A DNA stretch of 62,200 nucleotides, counting the filler. It is 5 parts of 5 records of this genome, joined end to end, with 100 filler letters (N's around TTAATTAATTAA, not from the genome) between each part and the next. Parts side by side here need not be neighbours in the genome. Positions count along the whole stretch, not along the records: positions 30,603 to 42,601 come from SRR7504441_7503; positions 42,702 to 48,432 come from SRR7504441_7509; 3 more parts are not named here. One strand, given 5' to 3'. The notes beneath the pieces are model-generated. The model made no database searches. It saw nothing but the letters and a program-made list of their open reading frames with translations, and was not told the DNA's origin. The position numbers were made by a program, and so were the translations under genes. Below, in pieces: positions 35,296 to 45,951 of this stretch (position 1 is its first letter; the number at the start of each line of letters is the position of its first letter).

Positions 35296-38200
35296 TTACC
35301 CTCATCCGCCCTTTGGCTTCGGGGGCGCCACAACAGGCTTGTCCTCAGTCGGCACCTGGCATGTCCAAGGTTATGGGTCAGCTCTAGAGTCTAATATCAC
35401 CGTATCCGGACTCTTCTCTGCCACAGGCGCGCAATTCCGCTCGTGTGTACGCAGCCCTGCCGGTCGAGAGAAACTCCGCGGACACTCGGCGCATTTGTAT
35501 AGCTTGTCAGGCAACGGCACAGCGTTCCATCGAATCGCCTGATCCAGCTCAGCTCAATTCTGCTAACAAGCCAACACACCTCGTCGGCTAGCTCTAACTC
35601 TGGCTCTAGTTCTGGCTCTAATGTTGGGTCTGGCGGCTCTTCGGACGTGTCCTGCTTTTGCAAGCTCTGGCGCGGCCGGTTGTGGTTTGTTAGGTCGGTT
35701 TTGGCCATCTCGACCCGAAGCATTCTCATGCCGTTGAACACAACGCCGAGCAACCCAGTCACGTCGCCCACTACTGCCATCCAGAGCCGGACGTAACCAG
35801 ATAGGGCGGCGATTGTGAGCCCGCCCTTGATGGTGACTGCGATAAACATGTTCTGGTAGATCAGTCGTTTAGCAGTCCGCCCCACATCGATTACAAACGG
35901 CACTGACAGCAGATTGTCCTCTGCAATGACAATGTCAGCGGCCTGGACAGCCAGAGCTGTCCCTCCTGCACCCATCGCAAACCCCAGATCGGCTGTTGCT
36001 AGAGCTGGTCCATCGTTGATGCCGTCACCGAGCATCCCGACCTTCTCGGGCTCGCCATCTGAGTGCTTGTGGGTGCCCTGCTGGCACGCCTTGATATAAG
36101 CCAGCTTGTCGTTAGGCTTCTGTCGAGCTAGGTGTTGCCGGATCCCTACTCGCGCGCACACCTCCTGAGCGACGTCCTCCGAGTCTCCTGTGCACATTGT
36201 GCACTTCTGGTTGAGTCTGCGGAGCTCGTCCAAGGCTGTGCTGGCCTCAGCCCGCACTGTGTCCGCCAGCGACATGATGAGCGCTGGCTCGCCATCCACA
36301 CTGACCACGATATTGGTGGCACCAGGATGACTGTCGACATACCTCGCGACAGGCTGCCTCTTGGGGTTCAACGAGGAGAGCGCCTGGAGCATGTGCTGTG
36401 CCGAGCCGATCAGCACCTTGTATCCGTCCACCACGGCTTGCACCCCGACTCCGTCCACTACCTTGAAATTCTTCACCTCAGCCAACTTGACCATCTCATC
36501 ATCCTCGGCTGCAAACTCTCCAGCACAGCCAGTCACGTGATTCACCACGGCGGTGGCCAGAGGGTGGCTGGATCTGGCCTCAATAGCAGCCGCGTACTCG
36601 AACAGCTGTTTGCGCGGCAGTGGGCGCTTCATCGGGAGCACGATGTCGTCACACACCTCAAACTTGCCCTCTGTGATTGTTCCTGTCTTGTCAAACACCT
36701 GCCGACAGCTCGACACGGGCGCACATGCAGCCGGCTCACCAGTCGCTGCACTGCAGCAAGCTTTTCAACCGCCTCGCCCGATTTGATTAGCACCCCATGC
36801 TTGGCCCCGATTGCAATCGCCCCGATCACGGGCACAGGCGTCGACATCACAATCGCACAAGGGCACGCAGTGAGCAGGAGCACCAGCCCTCTGTGGAACC
36901 ACTCCTCGATGTTGTCCTTCCAGCCGAGGATCGCCGGGACGATTAGCACCAGCAGCACAGTAAACACGATCACTGACGGCGTGTACCACTGCGCGAATCT
37001 GTCGACAGACCGCTGGAACTTGCTCGGTTGGGCCTGTGCGTCCTCGACCATCTGAGTGAGCTCCGCCAGCATGGACTCGGTCGGGCCAGAAGTAGCCTCC
37101 ACTTCCAGGTAGCCATTCTGGACCACTGTCCCCCCCAGGACCGGATCGGCCTCCTGCTTCTGTATCGGGATCGATTCCCCAGTGATAGAAGACTCGTCCA
37201 CCGAGCCTGAGCCGGTGACCACGATCCCGTCCACCGCGATCATGTCCCCCGCCCGGCAGGCCACCACGTCGCCGATCCGGAGCCTTGCCAGCTCGAGTGT
37301 CGTACCGTTTGATGTTTCCTGCCCGGAGGCCTGATCGTCGTGCCTCCCACGCGGCCCCCGAGAGACGAGCACGGCTTCTTGCGATGGTGGCGAGCCGAAC
37401 ACCTGGACCGCCCGGCGGAGCTGTTCCATGGCTAGATGCTGCAGGTGATTGGCCAGTGAGAAGAGAGCCACCACCGCAGCCGCCTCTATCCAGCCTTGCT
37501 GGGCCATCGCTCCAACAGCAGCCAACACCATAAGGAAGTCTATACCGACCATCGAGTACCTGAGCCCCATGAATGCCTTCCGGAGCAACGGCCATATCCC
37601 GATCCCGATCGAGGCCACCGCCACCCATTTCCATCCTGAGGCACCCTCGGTGGCTGCAGAGCCCATGGCGGCAACGCCGAACAGCCCGATCACCACGACC
37701 AGGTGCAGGATCACAAGCCGCTCTACAGTCCGGTCCTCGTCCTCGTCCTCCTGCTTGGTGCTCCTTGACTGTATGGAAGCGCCAAGCTTGTGCGAGTTGA
37801 GCTTTTCTAGCATCTCCGGAGCCGTCGGCTGGTCGCAGTGATGCTTAATGATCGCCACTCGCCCGACTGTGTTCACCCGGACTTCTACTACCCCCGGCTC
37901 CGGCTCGAGCAGCTTGTGGATCAGCCGGGCTTCCAGGTCGCAGCAGATGTTTTGGACCCGCAGCCGCGTGGTGATGATCTTGCCCGGCTGGCCACCGGCT
38001 CGCACCCAGCCCGCCCGGCCCGGCACACCTCCTCAGGGCCGACCGGCAGCGCCAGCTCGTCCGCGCCCTTTGACCCCGGGCTCAGCGGCAGGACCTGATA
38101 CTGGGCCTCCGAGCGGACCTGATCCCCGATCATAACGTCGTCTGTCCCCGCGGGTCGGGCCAGCCGGCCAGCAGCGCACTGTAGCTCGACTTTCGAGACC

Positions 38201-38410
38201 GGCGGCGCTCGGGCGCCAGGTTGAACCATCCGCCGCTGCGAGCCGGTGGCTCGGACTCGGCCGCGCCTGGGTGCGGTCAGCTCGGCCCGCGGGGGGCGGG
38301 GGACCATATCCAGCGGAGGGCTGTTTGGCGGTCAGCAGTGATTCGAGCTCGACCTTTGAGCCGCGCGGGGTCCCGGTAATCCCAGTGTATCCCTTCTTTT
38401 TCTTCGGCAT
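35296..38410 (-). CDS. P1B-type heavy-metal ATPase (HMA2/4-like, Zn/Cd class) with C2HC zinc finger and predicted C-terminal selenocysteine (GGUG*)
   Basis: N-terminal HMA domain (VQNICCDLE), DESSITGES, TACPCAIVMSTP, FDKTGT, SSHPLA, TGD, GDGINDGPAL. Last exons 35538-35401 (YKCAECPRSFSRPAGLRTHERNC) and 35355-35296 (VPTEDKPVVAPPKPKGG-TGA-G-TAA). Confidence 0.93.
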
Positions 38411-38539
38411 CCCCGGCCTCCGGCGCCGCCCCGAAGCCTCAGAAGCCCAGTGAGCGTACGCTCAGGCGCTCGTGCCAAGCCTTCTCGGGACGAGCTCGTG
38501 CATCCCTTGCACCTGAGCAAAATACCGTTGCGAGTGCAA

Positions 38540-39639
38540 ATGTCGCAGCACTTCAGCGGCGGTGCAAGCCAGCCGGCGGAGCTGGAGGTCGAGGCGGCGT
38601 TCGTCCCGACCAAGAAGCAGCACGCCACCGCGGTCTCCGAGCGCTGGAGCGTGCACGGCCGCGGCTGGGGCCCCAACCCGCACACGCCTAACGACGGCAA
38701 CCAGAACTTCCAGGGGGTGACCCGCCGGCCCGCTGCGCTGGTGCCAGCTGCGGGCAGGTGGGCCAGGATACCTGGGGCCGGGCGGCCGAGCGGGCGTACC
38801 GGCGCGAGGACGCCGAGCAGTGGCGGCGGCACCAGGACCAGCAGTATCGAGACGCGCTCAACAACGCGCGCGACCAGGACACGAACGAGCTCTGCGAGAA
38901 AGAGGCCGAGCGGGCCGTCCGAACCTTCTTCGACTCGTCCAAGGAGGTGCCCGGCCGGCCGTCGGGCGGGGCTGAGCCTAGGCGCAGGTCACTCGACGGG
39001 CCAATTACAAGGCGCAGTACGTGAGGGAGCTAGCCTGGCGGGAGGAGCAGCAGCAGCTGCACGTGGCGAAGGAGACCGACCTGGAGGTGGCCGACCGCAG
39101 CCCCGGGCGGCTGTCGAACTGGGCGGCAGCAACGGCTGGCGGGAGCCCACCTAGCGGAGGAGGAGAAGCGGCAGTGGCTGGAGGCTCTGCAGGACGCTGC
39201 AGCGCACAGGGCGAGCTACGCGAGGGAGCTGGCCGCTCGTGATGCCGAGCTGCGGCGGCAAGTCGAGGCGCAGGCCAGCGCGCACCTGAACGAGGTGGGC
39301 CGGCCGGTGGGCCACGGATCGAGCTGAGACAGGTGATCGAGGCGGAGGAAAAGAACAAGGCGCGCCGCGCAGCCGATAGGGAACAGGAACAACTGCAAAA
39401 GTTCAAGGACGATATCAACGCCCGGCGGGGGGCCGAGCTGCTCGAGCGCGACGTGCGTGGCCCGGGGTGCGGCCGTGCTGAGCCTGTGGGGGCAGCGGCA
39501 CAGGACGTATGTGGATGGATTTAGCTATTCGTCGCACAGACACGCGCTGCCTGAGCCGGACAAGCACAACCCTTGCACCAAGCCGCGAAACCTGGTCTAT
39601 CCAATCCGCGGCTGGCGGCACAAGTCGCACACGAACTGA
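38540..39639 (+). CDS. Hypothetical coiled-coil protein, multi-exon
   Basis: Exons joined by GT-AG introns of about 41 nt; R/E/Q-rich helices. Confidence 0.6.
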
Positions 39640-39710
39640 TTTTGAGTGCAATTGGGAGCTGCAATCAGGCGCAAGCGAAAGAATTTAATTCACGTATGAC
39701 TAAATAAAAT

Positions 39711-40614
39711 TTATTTGATGATTATTTGATCGCTGATTGCCGTGTCGTCGCACACTGGGCGGCTGTGGCTGTGTGCTCGTCGGTACGCCTTCATCATCCT
39801 CTCATCGGCCTCCGCCCGCTCGTCTGCCTGGGCTGCCTTATCGATCGGCTTCCTCACGCCCAACACAATCCTGTTCTGCGGGCTGATCTTGGGATCGATG
39901 CACTTGAGCAGCCCCCGATAGCCGGCCACCGCCTCGATGCGGCCGAGCAGCCGGCAGTCCATAACCACCCCGAGAGCCACCTACCCCGCCCTGCAGCAGC
40001 GCCCGACCGGCCCTTACCCCCAGGTCCTTGGCCGCCTCCTTGGCCGCCCCTACCCTGTCTTTGTGGCAGCAGGGCATGACCGCGAACGGCGCCCCTCGGG
40101 CCAGACAGAGGTCCACGATCTGGTCAGACAGATGCTGGCAGGCATGTACAGCCACTGCCGCCGCGTCCGGAGCTCGGTCCATCAAGCCAGGCAGCGCCTC
40201 CTGCAGGCCTTGCCGGCAGTACTCCACGGGGGTCGGCTGGGGCAGCTGCGGGGCCCAGGCCCGGAGCATGGTGCTGAAGCTCTCCGGCTGGTTTGGGTCC
40301 AGACAAACCACCCTGCTGGCCCTCCTAAAGGCCAGCAGCAGCAACCCGACCAGACCTGCGGGCCGGTGGATCGGCCGCGCCTGGGCGGAGCCACCGTGGC
40401 TGGCACAGACGTCCACGCACAGGCTCCGGGCGGCCCGGCCCGGGAAGAGCGGCTTGTCAATCCGGCGGACGAACTGGAGAGCCTCGTTCAGCTCCTTCAG
40501 GCTTGGCTTCGGGCGAGGCGCCGAACGCCAGAGCAAGTACAGCTTGCGCTCCACCGACTCACCACCCTCGGCTACGGCCCCGACCGCACTCACCGGCTCC
40601 GGTGCAGCGGCCAT
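39711..40614 (-). CDS. SAM-dependent methyltransferase-like protein
   Basis: CVDVCASHG/LVGLLL, VAVHACQHLSD, VMPCCH, ISPQNRIVLG. Confidence 0.75.
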
Positions 40615-40722
40615 CAGCGCGCGCCGTCCCCTGGAGCCTGCGCCTGCTGCAGCTGGGTGCCGCCGGCTGAAAAAAAAAAAATCCTGGCAGCGCCGGCCGG
40701 CTCGGCACCGCGCGCAAGAGGC

Positions 40723-42225
40723 ATGGCTGCTACGGACCCGGGGGAGCAGCCGCGGCCCAAGAAGAAGCGGAGCCGGCGGAAGCAGCTGCTCGGCTGGGCT
40801 GTGGTGCTGCCGGTTGGGGTGGCGGTGCTGACCATCGTCTGGCCGGCGATCGAGCCGCTGCTCTCCGGGACGGCCGGCGAGGGCGGGGCTGGCTGTCCCA
40901 TGATGAGCCGGCCGGCCAACCAGAGCAGCCCCGGGGGCAAGTGCCCGCTCGGGCTCAGCTCTGGGCCGCCGACGGAGCCGGAGGAGGAGCCGGCGCTGGA
41001 CCCTGGGCGGGTGTACACGGAGGACGAGCTGGAGGCGTTCGATGGCAGCGACCCAGGCCGGCCGCTGCTGCTGGCCTACCGCCGGGTGGTGTACGACGTG
41101 TCGAGCGCCCGGCAGGTTTACGGCCCGGGGATGGCGTACAGGTGCCAACTGGCTGGCCGGGGCTGAACCGGAGGACAGTAAGTTTGCGGGCCGAGCTTGC
41201 ACAAGGGGGGTGGCGCTGCCGTCGCTTGAAGAGGCGGACGTGTCTGACGACACCTCGGACTTTGGTCCCGAGCAACTCGGGTCGGTACGGCAATGGGAGG
41301 ATTTCTACCGCAACAAGTACCCGCAGGTGCTGGGTCTGGCCATGCTCAATCCGGATCTCAGGCAGGTGGGCGCTCTCAAGCTCGACACCGACCACCTCGG
41401 ACGCGTGGCCAGGCGGGCCGAGGCGGCCGCTGCTGAGCGGGTGGCCTCTCGCTCAATCCCGCCAGCCTGACTCGTGCGGGCAGCGGGCAGCTGAGCATGC
41501 GAGGGAGCAGGCAGCGGCCAAAGCGAAGCTGTCTTCCGGGCGGCTCTTCACTGCAGCGGAGCTTGCTCAGTTTGACGGGGCGGTCGCCGGCCAGCCAGTG
41601 TACCTGTCCATCGCGGGGCACGTGCTGGACGTTTCGGAGAGCCGTAATCTGTTCGGAAAGGGCCGGCCGCGTGGGTGCTGGGCCGGGCGGGATGCCACAA
41701 TTGCGATGGCCCAGAAGTCCTGCAGCCCCGCCCATCTAGCCCGAGTGATGGCCGACGCCACCCCTACCGAGAGCGCCCAGCTGGACGAAACGCTCACGTT
41801 TTTCCTTAGCAAGTACCCAAAGGTGGGTTCACTGGAGCTGGCTGCGGTGCCGGCTCCGATCCCGGAGGTTGTCGGTATTCGGGCGGAGTTGGGACAAGGA
41901 CAGAGCGTCGTGGTCTCGTGGCTGCCGCTCAACACGGTGCGCTCAGGCCGCACTGGCACTGATGGCCGCGCAGGACTCGGGCGCAGAGCAGTATCTGGTG
42001 CTTGGGGCGGTGGGAGACCAGCCAGCGATACCACTCAGCCAGCCGCTCGAGGCCCGGCACTTCCGGTCCAAACGGGCCGCCCACACGGTGCAACTGCCGG
42101 AGCTGCGCGCGCACTGCTCCGGCCCGACTGGGCTCTGGCGGTTCTATGTGGTCGCTGTCAAGGGCGGGGTGAAAGGTCCGAGCGGCCAGCCGAGCGCGGT
42201 GCTACAAATCGAGTGTGCGAACTGA
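40723..42225 (+). CDS. Membrane-anchored protein with two cytochrome b5-like heme/steroid-binding (MAPR) domains
   Basis: Transmembrane helix; YTEDELEAFDG..VYDVS..FAGRACT..WEDFYRNKYP; FTAAELAQFDG..VLDVS..WAGRDAT..KYPKVG. Confidence 0.85.
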
Positions 42226-42324
42226 AGGCGCCGGCGAGACTGGAGAGCTCTTGTTTTAGTATGTGTAGCTTTAGCGTGTTGCGGTCCTATACCCGCATGC
42301 TACCCGTATGCGTGTTTTCATGCT

Positions 42325-42601
42325 TTATATGGTAGAATTTTCATGATATATGTGTCGGCCCAGGTCCTCCATCTCTGCCTCAGTGACAAGCCCCTCCAAC
42401 CTCGTGCGGATCCTTGTATCAAGATGGCCCAGCATCAGGGCCATCACTCCCACCAGTACGTACTAGATCTACCGCTTCCAACGGAAGAACTACGGAAGAA
42501 CCAAGCCTGCCGTTCGCAAATCAGGTGCTGGTACAACGCCGCGCGCTGGTTGTTGCAACAAATGGTGTCCGCCGAACTGCGCGAGGCTCTGGTCCACAAC
42601 G
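42325..42601 (-). CDS. Possible 3' end of a gene truncated by the contig edge
   Basis: Minus-strand read LDTRIRTRLEGLVTEAEMEDLGRHIYHENSTI*, convergent with the MAPR gene. Confidence 0.3.
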
Positions 42602-42701
42602 NNNNNNNNNNNNNNNNNNNNNNNNNNNNNNNNNNNNNNNNNNNNTTAATTAATTAANNNNNNNNNNNNNNNNNNNNNNNNNNNNNNNNNNNNNNNNNNN
42701 N
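42602..42701. other. Artificial contig linker
   Basis: N44-TTAATTAATTAA-N44. Confidence 0.98.
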
Positions 42702-42738
42702 TTACCAGACAAGAAACCGATTTAAATGCCAATCCACG

Positions 42739-45700
42739 TCACGGTGCAGGCTTTGGCGGCTCAGGGATCGTCGGGAGACCTTGTGGCCGCCTCTCGCGCT
42801 TCTCGCCTAGACGCAACCAGCCGCTCACTACCGCTCCAGCAGCCCAACTTAAGCGTGGCACTGACCTGATTTAGCGCCCACCACGTGCGGCCGCTTGTTG
42901 GCTGTGATGTACTGCACAGTGGGCTCCTCCTCGGGCACCGACGCCAACTCGCCCGCCCCGCCAAAGCAGTACTTGGCCGGCATCGGCGCCCACATCATCG
43001 ACTGCTTACGCCGGTTCCATCGGTTCTGAGCCGCAGTTCCTAGCCAGAGCCGATCACGGCCAAGACAGGGCCGAGTGCTGGCACCTGCCGAGACAACACC
43101 GCCGCCGAGCTCCACCGGAGTCTGCTCAAACAACCCTTCCCATTGCACCTCTCCGAACACCGGGAACTGTTTGATCGCTGCCCAGCCGCCGGCCAGTCTG
43201 GCAGCCGGTTCAGGGCAGAGCAGCTGGCGGACAAGAGGCTGCAGTTCGGACGCAAATTGCTCAGGGAAGCGCAGGCCTTGGTCGGCCGTCTCGCTGAACT
43301 TGACAACACGCTGCAGCGTGTCTGCATTCGACTCGCCCTCCTCCGCAGTGATCGGCGTGTGTCCGGCCACCAGTTGGAACACCAGACATCCGAACGCCCA
43401 GGCGTCAGACGCGTACGAGATGGCCGCTGAGCCACAGGCCACCTCGGGCGCCACGTAGTCGGCCGTTCCCTCCACCCGGACCGCAGCGGCGGGCGGCTCG
43501 TTGGCGTAGACTGCCGAGCCAAAGTCAGACATTTTGAGATGGCCTGTGCTGTCGAGCAGCAGATTCTCTGGCTTGAGATCGCCGTAAACCACACCGAGTC
43601 CGTGCAGGTACTCAAGTGCCAGCGTTACCTGCCAAAAGATCACGCGCCCGGGCCTGTGCGCGCCTCAGACGAAACAAACACGGTGGCTCGGAGAGAAAGC
43701 GAGCCAAGCCGCTCGAGCAGCTGCTGCAGGTCGCCACCTGAGGCGTACTCAAGGACCAGCCTGCTCTCGAGCTCAGCCAGCGCGCGGGCCGGACGTGACC
43801 AGAGCGAGGAGTCGGTCTCGAACTGGCCTATGTACTGTATGATCCCGGGGTGCCGGGCCGATTGGAGTATCTTGGCTTCTCTGGCTACGTTGGCCGCGTA
43901 CCCTTGTGCTGCAAGCAGTTCCTTATCCATCACCTTGACCGCCACTTCCGGCCACTGCGACTGGGTCACTTTCTGCCCACATCTCAGCTCCACAAAGGCC
44001 GGCCGGCGCCTGCACGATCAGCTTGGCGTACTTGACCTTTGCGAACGCGCCCGATGCCAGCTCGTGCCCAACAGCCACAGAGTACCTGCTCTCCAGTCAC
44101 GCCGCACCCAGCCACACGCACAGGCTCAGCTTGGCCCGGTCCCGCGTCTGCTCGAGCAGCTCGCGCTTGCACTGCAGCTCGGCCGTCCGGTCAACTGGTG
44201 GGTTGAGCTGCTCAGCCACTGCTCGAAGAGCGTCTGGCTCCTGGCCGTTGGCGGTGCAGCAGCTCTGGAAGAACTCGGGGTCCATCTGATCCAGCACCTG
44301 CTCCGAGTCAGGCAGCCACACACAGCGCCCGGCCTGGAGCGCCGCCCCGCACATCTTCTTGGCCGAGGCGTTCCAGTGCTCGCCTGCCCTGCATCTCCAG
44401 GCCATCGGCGGGCCGGAGCGCACGGGATGCTGTCACGAGCGCAGGCAGCAGCGGGGGCACCACTTTGTGTCTGTGTTGCATCACCTGCCGCAGGCTCGCG
44501 CCGGCTCGGCGATGGCGTGGGCACAAAGTTGACAAACTTGTCTGATTTAAACATGGTGAGCGCCCTCTCTGCGACTCTGAAGTTCTTGTCGCCGCGTATG
44601 CACCGAGCCACGAGTTCGAAAGTGGCATCACATACCGACGAATCCTGCAGCGCCGACGGGTCGGCAGACTCGATCAGCATCTCGAGCCCGTGCAGCAGCA
44701 GCACCTGGGCCGCAAATCACACCGGTCGGCGTGTGGCTACCTCCACGCCCGAGTTCGAATTCCTTGATTCGGGCCAACAGCCGATTAAACGCTCAAACAC
44801 CGCAGTGGTCAGTCCAGGCGAGGCCTCCACCATCCCAGTGACACACCTGTGGCCTAGCTTAGTGCATGCATCGCACAGCGCGGGTGGCCTGAGCAGCGAC
44901 TGGTGGTACAGAGAGAGCACTGTGTTGACATCATCTACCATCGCAGTGTTGCCGTGCAGCGGCATCAAGCAGTGCCACAGCATAGGCTCGTGCCGCGCAT
45001 CCATTGGACGACGGAACCCGCGAATCGCGGCGGAAAGAACCTGCCGCTCTCATCGCCCCGGAATCTGGCCGAGCGTACCTCTAGGATCTTGCCTACACCA
45101 GTGAGTGTGAGCTCTGCGTGCCTCTTGCCCCCGTCCAGAGCCCCGAGCATCACCCCCATCATCTGCGGGGCCACAAACTGGGCCCGCTGCACCGCCGTCA
45201 CGATCGCCTGCCCGCCGCCTCGCCGCAATCGGGTGGGCTACGCACCTTGCACATGGCTTCACGCAGCAGCAGTCTGGTGGCGGGGAAGACCCGATAGACA
45301 GCGTAGATCGCCGCCTGCAGGCAGCCGGCCGCAGACTCGCCCGGGCCGCCAGTCTGCTCGTTGTTCCCCCCCACTCCGGACAGCTGCTTAATTAAGGTCT
45401 CGGCCACACCGGCCAGCCGCGCCACAGTAGGGCCAGGGAGCTCTGTACCGAGCAGCTCCGGCGCTTCCAGAGCCGCCCGCAGCACCCCGGTGGCTGCCAC
45501 CGCCCGGTCCGTCCCCTCGTCCACCGCGGCACCGAGCGCAGCTGCCGCGGGCGGGGCCGGCTTGCTCGCGTTGGCCGCCCATGGGGCTACTGTGGCCGGC
45601 ATTTTGCTCCCACCGGCCGCCCAGGGCGCCACAGTGCCAGGCATCCGGCCACGCCCCCCGCGCCCACGCCCGACGGGGCCGCGCGAGCCCCGCGCCGCTC

Positions 45701-45926
45701 GGACTATCGGGGACTGCCGAGCGGCGGCGTCCTGCCAGCAGCGGGCCAGCCAGCCGCAGAGGGCCTCGAACAATTCCGGGGAGAACTCGAGGTCCCGGAG
45801 CAGCCCCTTGCGGCTGAGCACCTCGAGCCGCTGGACAGCCGAGGCTGGCGCGAGCGGGGCGGCCATCGGGCCCGGCCCGGCCACGCTCTGGGCCCATAAT
45901 TCGTCAAACTCGGCTTCCTCTTCCAT
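42739..45926 (-). CDS. PP2A B56-like regulatory domain fused to a PDK1-like AGC kinase, multi-exon
   Basis: B56-like: CLMPLH..LSLYHQSL, LIGCWP, VARCIRGDKNFRVAERAL. Kinase: ASGAFAKVKYA, VAVKVMDK, YGDLKPENLLL, DFGSA, GTADYVAPE. Confidence 0.85.
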
Positions 45927-45951
45927 TGACGGCGCTCCCTCCTCTTCTCAA

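Noticed and set aside
35397-35579. ORF-track C-terminus of the ATPase (VCWLVSRIELSW...)
   Set aside because: Read-through of a 41-nt intron; the spliced frame gives a zinc finger and the GGUG end.
43539-45104. Long plus-strand ORFs here and at 359-1321, 26521-27393, 54943-55822 and 60260-61219
   Set aside because: Shadow ORFs antisense to well-supported GC-rich genes, with no recognisable motifs.
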